Counted from the first letter of the stretch, positions 42,014 through 51,667 are shown. The stretch is DNA of 64,000 nt from an uncultured Chloroflexia bacterium (GCA_963728205.1 CAVSIV010000002.1:544001-608000), one strand, 5' to 3'. Program-made: numbers and translations. The notes: generated from the letters alone by a model not told the origin.

Positions 42014-43221
42014 GCCCGTTCCGCTTCCTCACCGCCGGCGAGTCGCACGGCAAGGGCCTCGTCGCCGTCGTCGAGGGTGTGCCCGCCGGCCTGCCGCTCA
42101 CCGAGGACCAGGTCGCGGCGGACCTCGCGCGCCGCCAGGGCGGCTACGGGCGCGGCAAGCGCCAGCAGATCGAGCGCGATCGCGCCGAGATCGTCTCGGG
42201 CGTGCGTCACGGCCGCACCATCGGCTCGCCGATCGCGATGACGATCCCCAACGCCGATCACGACAACGCGAACTGGCGCGTGCGCATGGCCGTCGAGGCC
42301 GTGGACGAAGAGGTGGAGCGCGTCACGCTGCTGCGTCCCGGCCACGCGGATCTCGCCGGCACGCAGAAGTACGGGCTCGACGACGTGCGTCCGATCCTCG
42401 AGCGCTCCAGCGCGCGCGAGACGACCGCGCGCGTCGCCGTCGGCGCCGTCGCGCGCGCGCTGATCGCGGAGCTGGGCATCGCCGTGCACTCGCACACGCT
42501 CTCGGTCGGCGCGGTCCGCGCGACCGTGCCGGCGCGCATCGACTGGGCCGCCGTCGACGCCTCGCCGATGCGCGTGGCCGACCCCGCGATCGAGCAGGCG
42601 ATGATCGACGAGGTCGACCGCACGAAGGAGGCGCTCGACACGATCGGCGGCGTCTTCGAGGTGCGCGCGAGCGGCCTGCCCTTCGGGCTCGGCAGCCACG
42701 TGCACTGGGACCGGCGGCTCGAGGGCCGGCTGGCGCAGGCCGTGATGTCGATCAACGCCGTGAAGGCGGTCGAGGTCGGGGAGGGCGTCGAGGGCGCGTC
42801 GCTGCGTGGCTCAGAGGTACAGGACGTGATCCTGCCGGTCGACGCCTGGGAACGACGGCCGTGGGAGCGGGCGTCCAACCGCGCCGGCGGCCTCGAGGGC
42901 GGCATGACGAACGGCGAGGACATCGTCGTGCGCGGCTACCTCAAGCCGATCTCGACGGTGCCGCGCCGCATGCCCACCGCCGATCTGCTCACCGGTGAGG
43001 AGACGACGTCGTTCTACGAGCGCTCGGACGCGTGCGTCGTGCCGGCGGGGGGCGTGATCGGCGAGGCGATGGTCGCGATCGTGTTGGCCGACGCCGTGCT
43101 TGAGAAATTCGGCGGCGATCACGTCGCGGAGCTCCGCCGGAACTTCGAGGCATTCATCGCCACGGTCGGGCCGCGCGAGCCGCGCACACCCTTCCGCCCG
43201 GCGGGCGGGCGCGCCCTGTGA
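42010..43221 (+). CDS. aroC: Chorismate synthase
   Basis: FLTAGESHG, RPGHADLAG, ERSSARET, GGLEGGMTNG, ERSD. Confidence 0.97.
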   Translation: MSPFRFLTAGESHGKGLVAVVEGVPAGLPLTEDQVAADLARRQGGYGRGKRQQIERDRAEIVSGVRHGRTIGSPIAMTIPNADHDNANWRVRMAVEAVDEEVERVTLLRPGHADLAGTQKYGLDDVRPILERSSARETTARVAVGAVARALIAELGIAVHSHTLSVGAVRATVPARIDWAAVDASPMRVADPAIEQAMIDEVDRTKEALDTIGGVFEVRASGLPFGLGSHVHWDRRLEGRLAQAVMSINAVKAVEVGEGVEGASLRGSEVQDVILPVDAWERRPWERASNRAGGLEGGMTNGEDIVVRGYLKPISTVPRRMPTADLLTGEETTSFYERSDACVVPAGGVIGEAMVAIVLADAVLEKFGGDHVAELRRNFEAFIATVGPREPRTPFRPAGGRAL

Positions 43222-44936
43222 CGGTGCAGCAGATCGTCCTGATCGGCCTTTCCGGCGTCGGCAAGTCCACGGTCGGGCGGCGGCTCGCGGAACGGCTGGG
43301 CTGGCCGTTCGTCGACACGGACGACGAGGTCACGCGCCGCGAGGGCGCCTCGCCGGCGGACATCCTCGTGCAGCAGGGCGAGCCGGCGTTCCGGAAGATC
43401 GAGGAGCGTGTCGTCGTCGAGGCGGCGAAGCGCACCCCGGGGGTGATCGCGACGGGCGGCGGCGCCTTCCTCAGCGCGCGCTCGCGTCGCGCGCTGGGCG
43501 AGCACGGCTTCATCTGCTATCTCGACGCCACGCCGGGGGAGATCGCGCGGCGCGTGCGCGCCGGCGCCGGCGAGGCGCGCGGCGGCGCGATGCGCCCGCT
43601 CCTCGGCAACAACGACGCGCAGCTCGAGTCGCGCCTCGCGGAGCTCGACGACGCGCGCCGCCCGTTCTACAACCACGCCAATCTCTGGGTCCCCGTGCAG
43701 GCGAGCGGCGGCGACGGCGTCTCCGCCGACGTCGAGCCGACCGTGCGCCGCATCATCGCCGCGTGGGCGGCCGAGGCCGAGGACCGTCTCGCCAGCCCCG
43801 GGCGCCTCGAGCGGCTCGGCCACCCCGACCCCGCACGGGGCCCGGCCGCCATCGTCGACACCGGGCGCGAGCGCTACCCCGTCTGGGTCGGCACCGGCGA
43901 GTACGAGCGCCTGCCCGACCGCCTCGCGCAGATCGGCCTCACCGATCGCCGCGTCTTCCTCGTCTCGGACGCCTCCGTCATGGAGCGCCACGGGCGCGCG
44001 GTCGCCGAGGCGCTCGACGCCGGCGGCATCGCCGGCGCGTCGTACATCGTGCCGGCCGGCGAGGCGTCGAAGAGCGCGCGCGTCGCGGACGAGCTCTACG
44101 GGTGGCTCGCGGAGCAGCGCGCCGAGCGGCGCGACGTCGTGCTGGCGCTGGGCGGCGGCGTGGTCACGGACCTCGCGGGGTTCGTCGCCGCCACGTACCT
44201 GCGCGGGATGCCGCTCGTGCAGCTGCCGACGTCGGTGCTCGGCATGAACGACGCCGCGATCGGCGGGAAGGTCGCCGTGGACCTGCCCGTCGGCAAGAAC
44301 CTGGTGGGCGCGTTCCACCAGCCGCGCGGGGTGATCAGCGACGTCGCGACGCTGCGCACCCTCCCGCGTCGCACCTACGCCGAGGGCTTCGCCGAGGTGA
44401 TCAAGCACGCGCTGATCCTCGACCCGGTCCTGCTGCGCATCCTCCGCGACGAGGCCCCGCGGCTGACCGGCGTCGATCCCGACCTCGACCTGCTCGCGGA
44501 CGTCGTGGGCCGGTCGTCGCGCCTGAAGGCGCTGATCGTCTCCAGCGACCCGACGGAGCAGGGCCTGCGCCGCATCCTCAACTACGGCCACACGATCGGC
44601 CACGGCGTGGAGACGGCGGGCGGGTACGAGACGTACCGGCACGGCGAGGCCGTCTCGATCGGCATGATGGGCGCGGCGCGCATCGGGGCCGCGCTCGGGC
44701 TCGTGAGCGCGGACTTCGTCGACGACCAGGCGCACCTCCTGCGCCTCTACGGCCTGCCCACCGATGCCGCCGGCGCCGACGCCGCCGCCGTGCTCGCGGC
44801 GATGCGCCTCGACAAGAAGATCGAGCGCGGGCAGTTCCGCTTCGTGCTGCTCGAAGGCGCCGGCCGCGCCGTCGTGCGCGGCGACGTGCCGGACGACCTC
44901 GTCGAACGCACGGTGCGCGCGCTGGTGAGCGGCTGA
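43218..44936 (+). CDS. aroKB: Fused shikimate kinase / 3-dehydroquinate synthase (AroK-AroB)
   Basis: GLSGVGKSTVG and IATGGG (AroK); GGGVVTDLAGF, GKNLVGAFHQP, LNYGHTIGH, HGEAV (AroB). Confidence 0.95.
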   Translation: MTVQQIVLIGLSGVGKSTVGRRLAERLGWPFVDTDDEVTRREGASPADILVQQGEPAFRKIEERVVVEAAKRTPGVIATGGGAFLSARSRRALGEHGFICYLDATPGEIARRVRAGAGEARGGAMRPLLGNNDAQLESRLAELDDARRPFYNHANLWVPVQASGGDGVSADVEPTVRRIIAAWAAEAEDRLASPGRLERLGHPDPARGPAAIVDTGRERYPVWVGTGEYERLPDRLAQIGLTDRRVFLVSDASVMERHGRAVAEALDAGGIAGASYIVPAGEASKSARVADELYGWLAEQRAERRDVVLALGGGVVTDLAGFVAATYLRGMPLVQLPTSVLGMNDAAIGGKVAVDLPVGKNLVGAFHQPRGVISDVATLRTLPRRTYAEGFAEVIKHALILDPVLLRILRDEAPRLTGVDPDLDLLADVVGRSSRLKALIVSSDPTEQGLRRILNYGHTIGHGVETAGGYETYRHGEAVSIGMMGAARIGAALGLVSADFVDDQAHLLRLYGLPTDAAGADAAAVLAAMRLDKKIERGQFRFVLLEGAGRAVVRGDVPDDLVERTVRALVSG

Positions 44937-44937
44937 C

Positions 44938-45222
44938 GTGGCGCGCGCGCTCCGGCGGATCGTCGCGCTCGCGAAGGGGCGCGTGCAGGGCGTCGGCTAC
45001 CGCGCCTTCTGCGCCGACGCCGCGATGCGACTCAACGTCGACGGCTTCGCGCGCAATCTCCCGGACGGCCGCGTCGAGGTCGTGGCCGAGGCCGATGAGG
45101 CGACGCTCCGGCAGCTCGTCGAGCGCCTGCGCGAGGGCCCGCCGCATGCGCGCGTCGAGGACGTCTCGTACCGCTGGGAGGAGCCGACCGGCGAGTACCG
45201 CGGTTTCGAAGCGGTGATCTGA
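44938..45222 (+). CDS. acyP: Acylphosphatase
   Basis: GRVQGVGYR, G..RNLPDGRVE, GPPHARV. Confidence 0.95.
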   Translation: MARALRRIVALAKGRVQGVGYRAFCADAAMRLNVDGFARNLPDGRVEVVAEADEATLRQLVERLREGPPHARVEDVSYRWEEPTGEYRGFEAVI

Positions 45223-45267
45223 GCGGCCCGGCTCGGCCCACGCGGCGGCACCCGGTACGATCCCCCG

Positions 45268-45843
45268 ATGACGACTCGCCCGAGCGTTCCCGTGCTCGCC
45301 GGCACGACGATCACGCTGCGTCCGCTGTGCGACGGCGATCGCGACGCCCGCCACGCCCTGGGCCGCGACCCCGAGTTCGTGCGCATGAACGGCGGCGATC
45401 CGCACCGCGCGACGACGTTCACGCACGCCGACGCCGACCGCTGGTACCGCGGCTTCCCGCAGTCGCTGCGCTGGGTGATCGAGCAGGACGGTCGCATGCT
45501 CGGCGAGACGCGGCTGGACCTCGTGGACGCGGCCGACCGGCGCGCGCGGTTCGCCATCGGGATCTTCACGCCGTCCGGGCGCGACCGCGGCATCGGCACG
45601 GAGGCGACACGCCTCGTCCTCGACTACGCGTTCGGCCCGCTGCACCTCGCGGAGGTCATGCTGCGGGTGCTCTCGATCAACGCACGCGCCATCCGCTGTT
45701 ACGAGAAGTGCGGCTTCGTGATCTACGCCGTCGAGCGCGAGCACGCGTACGTCGACGGCCGGTGGCAGGACGACCTGCTGATGCGCGTCGATGCCGACGT
45801 GCATCGCGCGCGGCGCGCCGTCGAGCGCGGCGACGCGCCGTGA
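45268..45843 (+). CDS. GNAT N-acetyltransferase (RimJ/RimL-like), leaderless
   Basis: RDRGIGTEA, N.RAIRCYEKCGF; TACGAT 6 nt upstream of ATG. Confidence 0.9.
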   Translation: MTTRPSVPVLAGTTITLRPLCDGDRDARHALGRDPEFVRMNGGDPHRATTFTHADADRWYRGFPQSLRWVIEQDGRMLGETRLDLVDAADRRARFAIGIFTPSGRDRGIGTEATRLVLDYAFGPLHLAEVMLRVLSINARAIRCYEKCGFVIYAVEREHAYVDGRWQDDLLMRVDADVHRARRAVERGDAP

Positions 45844-46744
45844 CGGACGCGCCGCCGGTCGACCTGGTCGCTCGCGCGGAGGGACTGCTCGGCGCGCGGG
45901 TGCGCGACGCGCGTCGCCCGGCCGGCGGATACACGAACGCCGAGCGCTGGGTGCTGCGCTTCGTCGACGGGCGCTCCGCGTTCGCGAAGGGCGGCGTTGA
46001 CGCGCAGACCGCGGAGTGGCTGCGCGCCGAGCACCGCTTCTGCCGCGCCCGGGACGACGACTTTGTGCCGCGCCTCCTGGCGGCGGACGTGGACACCGCG
46101 TTGCCGCTGGTGTTGTTCGAGGACCTGAGCGCCGCGACGTGGCCGCCACCGTGGACGCCGGCACAGATCGCGGCGCTCGGCGCGACGCTCGCCCGCGTGG
46201 CAGCGAATCCGCCGCCGCCGTGGCTGCCGTCGCTGGAGGCGGCGCGCGACTCGCTCTCGGGGTGGCACACGGTCGCGCGCGACCCCGCGCCGTTCCTCGG
46301 CCTGGAGTTGGTGACGGCCGGCTGGCTCGACGCGTCGCTGCCGGTGCTGCTCGCCGCGGAGGCCGCCGTCGTGCTCGCGGGCGACGCGCTCGTCCACCTC
46401 GACGTGCGCAGCGACAACGTCTGCTTCGCCGGCGACCGCGTCGTCCTGGTCGACTGGAACGGCGCAGCGCGTGGCAGCGCGATGCTCGATCGCACGGCTG
46501 GCTGCCGGCGCTGCACCAGGAGGGCGGGCCGGCGCCGTGGGAGCTGTGCGCGGAGAGCGACGGCTACGCCGCGCTGCTCGCCGGCTACTTCGCGGCGCGT
46601 GCCGGCCTGCCGCTGATCCCGCACGCGCCGCGCGTGCGGGACGTCCAGCGCCGGCAGCTGCGCTCGGCGCTGCCGTGGGCCGTGCGGGAGCTCGGGCTGG
46701 CCGCGCCGGACGGGCGGGCGCGGGAAGAGCTGGGCGCGGACTAA
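45840..46744 (+). pseudogene. Aminoglycoside phosphotransferase/choline kinase-like gene with a frameshift near 46495
   Basis: One frame gives GGYT...AFAK...HLDVRSDN...VDW; the plausible C-terminus (WLPALHQEGGP..., stop 46744) is in the -1 frame. Confidence 0.75.
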
Positions 46745-47394
46745 TCGTCTCGGCGGCGACGGATGCTGAGGCGCACGGACTTCGGCAGGCTCACGCCCTT
46801 GAGCTGCTCAACCATCGTCAGCACGGGCCGCGCGATCATGTCGCGCACGAAGCCCATCGCCTCGACCGGTTGCTGGTCGACTTCGATCTGCATCTCGATC
46901 TCGGGCCGGCCGTCCAGCAGCCGCTGCTCGACGAGGTCGGCGACGCCGCCCGTCTCGCCCGGGCCAAACGTCGCGAACGCGCCGGCGATCTCCTCGGACG
47001 ACACGACCGCGAACAGGTCGTCGCCGCTCGTCGCGAGCGCCGCCGCGCCCGGCGGCGAGAGCTCGATCGCGGGATAGCCCGCGTCGTCGAAGCCCTCCGC
47101 GAGCAGCAGGTCGACGCTCGGATCGATCGACGCCACCACGGACTTCAGCCCGGGCAGCGCCATCGTGCGCTCGAGCGTGACGCGGCCGCCGTTCGACAGC
47201 ACGATCACGGTGGCTGCCGCCCCGGCGTCGAGCTGGCGAGCGGCGTCGGCGTCGAGCAGCGCCGACTCGATCGCCTCGCGTCGCACGACGGTGGCGACGC
47301 GGTAGCCGCGCGTGCGCAGCGCCTCCACCAGCGAGACGATCAGCAGCGTCTTTCCCGAGCCCGCCGGGCCAACCACGCGAAGCACCGCGGCCAC
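46741..47394 (-). CDS. mobB: MobB-like P-loop protein
   Basis: VGPAGSGKT, DLLLAEGF, C-terminal MobB-associated segment; directly after moeA. Confidence 0.75.
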   Translation of the reverse strand: MAAVLRVVGPAGSGKTLLIVSLVEALRTRGYRVATVVRREAIESALLDADAARQLDAGAAATVIVLSNGGRVTLERTMALPGLKSVVASIDPSVDLLLAEGFDDAGYPAIELSPPGAAALATSGDDLFAVVSSEEIAGAFATFGPGETGGVADLVEQRLLDGRPEIEMQIEVDQQPVEAMGFVRDMIARPVLTMVEQLKGVSLPKSVRLSIRRRRDD

Positions 47395-47396
47395 GG

Positions 47397-48773
47397 CTAC
47401 GCTCCCGCGTCCGTGCGACGCGCCGGCGGTACCGGGGCATCGCGGTCGACGAGGATCGCGTCGCACTCGTCGCCCGGCTCGATCGTCGCGACGTCTTCCG
47501 GGCAGATCGCGTAACCGTTCGCGAGCGACATCGAAGTAAGCACGCCCGACCCCTGCGGCCCCGTGAGGTGCGCGACCCAGCGCCCGTCCTCCTCGGTGAG
47601 GACACAGCGCGCGTAGAAGCGGCGCAGGTCGGAGTTGTGGATGCGATCGGCGGCGATCGCGCGCACGGTGGGGCGCGGCCAGGCGTCGGGCTTGCCGAGC
47701 ATCGTGAACATCGCCGCGCGACCGAACAGCTCGAAGGTCATCATCGCGGAGACCGGGTTGCCGGGCAGGCCGAGGTGCGGCACGGGGCCGCGCGGCCCGC
47801 GGAACACGCCGAAGGCAAGCGGCTTGCCCGGCTTCATGCGCACGGTCCAGAACCCGATCTCGCCCTCGTTCGCCAGCACCGTCTTCACGACGTCGAAGTC
47901 GCCGCGCGAGACGCCCGCGGAGGTAACGAGCATGTCGGCGCCCTCGAGTCCCTCGCGGATGCGCGCGGTCAGCGCCTCGACCGTGTCGAGCGCGACGTCG
48001 AGCACGCGCGGCACGCCGCCGAACGCCTGCACCTGCGCCGCGAGGGAGAACGCGTTCGCGTCATAGATCTTGCCGGGCGCGAGCGGCTGGCCCGGGCGCA
48101 GCAACTCGTCGCCGGTCGACAGCACGGCGACGACGGGCCGCCGGTAGACGCGCGCCGTCGCGCGGCCGAGCGACGCCAGCACGCCGACCTGCGCCGGTTG
48201 CAGCACGGTGCCGCGCGACAGCACCAGCTCGCCGGCCTTCACGTCCTCGCCGGCGACGCGGATGTTCGCACCGGGCTTGGCCTCGACGTCGATGCGCACG
48301 CGCTCGCGCGGCGCATCCTCCCAGCGGCCGAGCTCCTGCTCGTCGGTCTCCTCGAACGGCACGATGCTGTCGGCCCCCTGGGGCATCGGCGCGCCGGTCA
48401 TGATGCGGACGGCCTGGCCGGGACCGACGCTGCCGTCATAGACCGAGCCGGCGGCCAGGTATCCGACGACGTCCAGGTGCACAGGGCTGTCGTAGGTCGC
48501 GCCGCGCGTGTCCTCCGCACGGACGGCGTAGCCGTCCATCGCGGTGTTCGGCAGCGGCGGGATGCTGAAGCCGGCGGTGACGTCCTCGGCGAGCACCTGG
48601 CCGAGCACGGACACGCCGCCGCCGGGCGCGACGAGCGGCACCTCGGCGGGCTCGAGCGTGTGGAAGTGCGCGAGGATGCGGGCGCGCGCCTCCTCCACCG
48701 AGATCATGTCCGGCGGGAGGATGCTCCGCGTGCTGGTGGTGGTGGCGCTGTAGGTCTGTTCGTCGTTCGTCAC
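47397..48773 (-). CDS. moeA: Molybdopterin molybdenumtransferase
   Basis: AMDGYA, RIMTGAPMP, STGDEL, KPGKP, GLPGNPVS, QGSG; TACACT 6 nt before GTG (leaderless). Confidence 0.96.
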   Translation of the reverse strand: MTNDEQTYSATTTSTRSILPPDMISVEEARARILAHFHTLEPAEVPLVAPGGGVSVLGQVLAEDVTAGFSIPPLPNTAMDGYAVRAEDTRGATYDSPVHLDVVGYLAAGSVYDGSVGPGQAVRIMTGAPMPQGADSIVPFEETDEQELGRWEDAPRERVRIDVEAKPGANIRVAGEDVKAGELVLSRGTVLQPAQVGVLASLGRATARVYRRPVVAVLSTGDELLRPGQPLAPGKIYDANAFSLAAQVQAFGGVPRVLDVALDTVEALTARIREGLEGADMLVTSAGVSRGDFDVVKTVLANEGEIGFWTVRMKPGKPLAFGVFRGPRGPVPHLGLPGNPVSAMMTFELFGRAAMFTMLGKPDAWPRPTVRAIAADRIHNSDLRRFYARCVLTEEDGRWVAHLTGPQGSGVLTSMSLANGYAICPEDVATIEPGDECDAILVDRDAPVPPARRTDAGA

Positions 48774-48836
48774 GTCCGCAGTGTATCGAGGCGAGCGCCC
48801 GCGTTCACACGGGGCGCTCGCGAGCGACCACGCGCG

Positions 48837-49007
48837 CTACTTCTTGCGACCCGCCGCGCGGGCGACCCAGCCCGATGCCGTCGTGTTCGAGAACTCGCGC
48901 TCCGCGCCGCAGAACTTGCAGACGCCGTTGCTCGTCGGGCCGCCGGGTCGCGGGAGGACCCAGTGGTGGGAGCACAGCTGCGTCGTCGTCGCGCGGTCGG
49001 ATGGCAT
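48837..49007 (-). CDS. 56-aa Cys/His zinc-finger-like protein
   Basis: CSHHW...P.GPTS.GVCKFCG...EF.N; AGGAG SD; TGCTATTGT extended -10 at 49065-49073. Confidence 0.75.
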   Translation of the reverse strand: MPSDRATTTQLCSHHWVLPRPGGPTSNGVCKFCGAEREFSNTTASGWVARAAGRKK

Positions 49008-49140
49008 AGGGGAGACTCCTCGCAGCAGCGTGGCCCGGCAATGCAGTGGACTGGGCGCGTCGTGACAATAGCAGAACGCCATGGGCCCTGCGCATGGGCG
49101 GCGAAGCGAATTCCCGGGGCCGCGCGCGGGCGCCTGGGCA

Positions 49141-49175
49141 GACGAAGGGGGACCCCGTACGGGTCCCCCTTCGTC
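49141..49175. terminator. Hairpin terminator after the H1-like gene
   Basis: 15-bp perfect stem gacgaagggggaccc/gggtcccccttcgtc. Confidence 0.8.
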
Positions 49176-49230
49176 AGGTGCAGGCCGAGAGGCTTCGCCG
49201 GGGCGAGCCTTCGTGCCCGAGCACGCAGCC

Positions 49231-49734
49231 CTAGCGGCTCGAGCGCGCCGGGGCCTTCTTCGCCGTCGTGGCGGTCTTGCGGGCGGCCGGCTTCGCGGCG
49301 GTCGCCTTCTTCGCCGGTGCCTTCGCGGCCGGCTTCGCGGCGGTCTTGCGCGCGGCGGGCTTCGCCGCTCCCGTCGTGCGCTTGGCAGCCGGCTTGGCGG
49401 CGGCGGTCGTGCGCTTGGCGGCGGGCTTCGCAGCGGACTTCGTGGCCGCCGTCGTGCGGGCGGCCGGCTTCGCCGTCGTCGTGCGCTTCGCAGCCGGCTT
49501 GGCGGCGGTGGTGCGCTTCGCAGCCGGCTTGGCGGCGGCGGTGCGCTTCGCCGGTGCCTTCGCGGCCGGCTTCGCCGCAGTCTTGCGCGCAGCGGGCTTC
49601 GCCGCGGCCGTCGTGCGCTTCGCGGCCGGCTTCGCCGCCGTGGTCTTCTTCGCCGGCGCCTTCGCCGCGGGCTTGCGGGCGGCGGGCCTGGCGGCCGTCG
49701 CCTTCTTCGCCGGGGTCTTCGCTGCTGGAGCCAT
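49231..49734 (-). CDS. Histone H1-like Lys/Ala/Pro-rich repetitive protein
   Basis: 167 aa of AAKPAAKR/TT repeats with no acidic residues; GGGAG SD; terminator downstream. Confidence 0.8.
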   Translation of the reverse strand: MAPAAKTPAKKATAARPAARKPAAKAPAKKTTAAKPAAKRTTAAAKPAARKTAAKPAAKAPAKRTAAAKPAAKRTTAAKPAAKRTTTAKPAARTTAATKSAAKPAAKRTTAAAKPAAKRTTGAAKPAARKTAAKPAAKAPAKKATAAKPAARKTATTAKKAPARSSR

Positions 49735-49788
49735 TAAGCCGATCTCCCTCGCATCTCGTGCAACCCCCGGTGTGACAACGCTTGCACC

Positions 49789-50040
49789 CTATGCAAGGTT
49801 CACCGAGAGACACGTCGTGGTGCGCTGCACGCCGTCGAGGCTCTGGATGTCCGCCGTGATCGACTTGCCGAGCTTGTCGAGATCGTCGGCTTCCAGTTGC
49901 ACGATCACATCGAACGGACCGGTGACCGTGTCCACCGCTGTCACGGTCGCGAACTGCGACTGCAAGTGACGGATGGAGTCACCGACCGCCTGGGTCCGCC
50001 CCACCTCGGTCTCGACGAGGACGTACCCCTTGATGCTCAT
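49789..50040 (-). CDS. Lrp/AsnC ligand-binding-domain-only protein
   Basis: GYVLVETEVG...VTGPFDVI...I..LDGV.RTTT; GAGGAGG SD; TTGACA-N18-CACGAT upstream (50108-50137). Confidence 0.88.
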   Translation of the reverse strand: MSIKGYVLVETEVGRTQAVGDSIRHLQSQFATVTAVDTVTGPFDVIVQLEADDLDKLGKSITADIQSLDGVQRTTTCLSVNLA

Positions 50041-50326
50041 CGTGCCCTCCTCGATCGGATGCATGCACCGATCGCGTTGGCGCAGTGCGCATGCCCGTTG
50101 TCCGAGCATCGTGCGCTGCGTAATGAAAGAGTGTCAACGGTTTTCGCGTTGTGCGACATACCCACCACCCCGATCTTGCGTGCGTCACGATCGCGCGCGA
50201 CGCACGCGCTTCGCGGTGATCGATCGCGAGGCGATGGCGCGGTCGCGCGCGGCCATGGTCGCGTCGCACACGACCCCGGCGATCGCGCTGTGGAAGGCAC
50301 GCGCAGCGTTCCGTAGACTCGCTCGC

Positions 50327-51382
50327 ATGACGACGAGCACCGGCATGGATCGCATCGCGGAGATCGAGGCAGAGGCGCGCGCGTCGCTCGCTGCGGTCGA
50401 CGACGAAGCGGCGCTCGACGCGTGGCGCACGCGCGTGCTCGGACGCTCCGGTGCGCTGACGCAGGTGCTGCGCAGCATCGGAGCGCTCGACGCCGACGAA
50501 CGCCGCGCGGTCGGACAGGCCGCGAACGCCGCGAAGGACGCGCTGGAGTCCGCGCTCGACGCACGTCGGGCAGAGCTGCGCGAAGCCGCGCTCGCGCGCT
50601 CGGCCGGCGACGCGCTCGACGTCACGCTGCCGGGGCGACCGCGCCGGCCCGGCCGGCTGCACCCGGTCACGCGCACGCTGCAGGAGATCCTCGACATCTT
50701 CGGCCGCATGGGCTTCGCCGCGATCGAAGGACCCGAGGTCGAGCTCGACGACTACAACTTCGGGCGCCTGCGCATCCCGGAGCATCATCCCGCGCGCGAC
50801 ATGTGGGACACGTTCTGGGTGGACGAGGACGTCGACGGCCGGAACCCGCTGCTGCTGCGCACGCACACCAGCCCGATGCAGATCCGCTACCTCGACGTGC
50901 ACGAGCCGCCGATCCGCATCGTGGTGCCGGGCCGCTGCTATCGCTACGAGGCCACGGACGCGACCCACGAGTGGATGATGCACCAGGTCGAGGTGCTCGC
51001 CGTCGACGAGGGCATCTCGATGGCCGACCTCAAGGGCACGCTGCAGGAGTTCGCGCGACAGATGTTCGGACCCGAGCGACGCGTCCTCCTGCGCAACTCC
51101 TACTTCCCATTCGTCGAACCGGGCGTCGAGCTCGCCGTCGACTGCTTCAACTGCCCCGGCAACGACCCGCGGTGCCCCGTGTGCCGGGGCTCCGGGTGGC
51201 TCGAGATCATGGGCGCCGGCATGGTGCACCCCGAGATTGTCGCATCGGCGGGGTACGACCCGGAGCGCTACACGGGCTTCGCGGCCGGGATGGGCGCCGA
51301 GCGCATCGCGATGCTGAAGTACGGCATCGACGACATCCGCAACTTCTACGCGAACGACCTCCGCTTCCTGCGCCAGTTCTAG
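50327..51382 (+). CDS. pheS: Phenylalanine-tRNA ligase alpha subunit
   Basis: HPARDMWDTF, LLRTHTSP.Q, YFPFVEP, WLEIMGAGMVHP, DLRFLRQF; TAGACT 7 nt before ATG. Confidence 0.97.
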   Translation: MTTSTGMDRIAEIEAEARASLAAVDDEAALDAWRTRVLGRSGALTQVLRSIGALDADERRAVGQAANAAKDALESALDARRAELREAALARSAGDALDVTLPGRPRRPGRLHPVTRTLQEILDIFGRMGFAAIEGPEVELDDYNFGRLRIPEHHPARDMWDTFWVDEDVDGRNPLLLRTHTSPMQIRYLDVHEPPIRIVVPGRCYRYEATDATHEWMMHQVEVLAVDEGISMADLKGTLQEFARQMFGPERRVLLRNSYFPFVEPGVELAVDCFNCPGNDPRCPVCRGSGWLEIMGAGMVHPEIVASAGYDPERYTGFAAGMGAERIAMLKYGIDDIRNFYANDLRFLRQF

Positions 51383-51667
51383 TCGCGACCGCCCGCACGC
51401 GAAGGCAGGCGAGAGGGAAGCCGCACGCGCACGCGGGTCGCACCCTCGCGTCCTGCCGGCCGCCATCGCACGTAAGCAGTCGATCGCTCACGGGGGGCGC
51501 TTGCGTTAGCCACCATTGGGGATGGAGTGGAACTAGCCGCTCCTCGGGCGCGCTGTGCCGGTCCCCACTGGATGCGCGTCGGGATCGGCCCGCCGTCGTG
51601 CGAACTGCGCGGCATCGATCCGTCCCGCCGCTCGCCCGCAACGCCCGGATGATCCAGACTCTGCGCC

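Noticed and set aside
43218-44936. AroK-AroB fusion as a novelty
   Set aside because: A well-known fusion in several bacterial groups.
48774-48836. Moco riboswitch upstream of moeA
   Set aside because: The gap is only 63 nt and moeA appears leaderless.
49268-49969. Hydrophobic 233-aa + strand ORF (AAGFAAVV repeats)
   Set aside because: Antisense reading of the H1-like gene; the SD and gene context support the - strand.
51140-51200. CxxC...CxxC insert in PheS
   Set aside because: Common in PheS of many bacteria.
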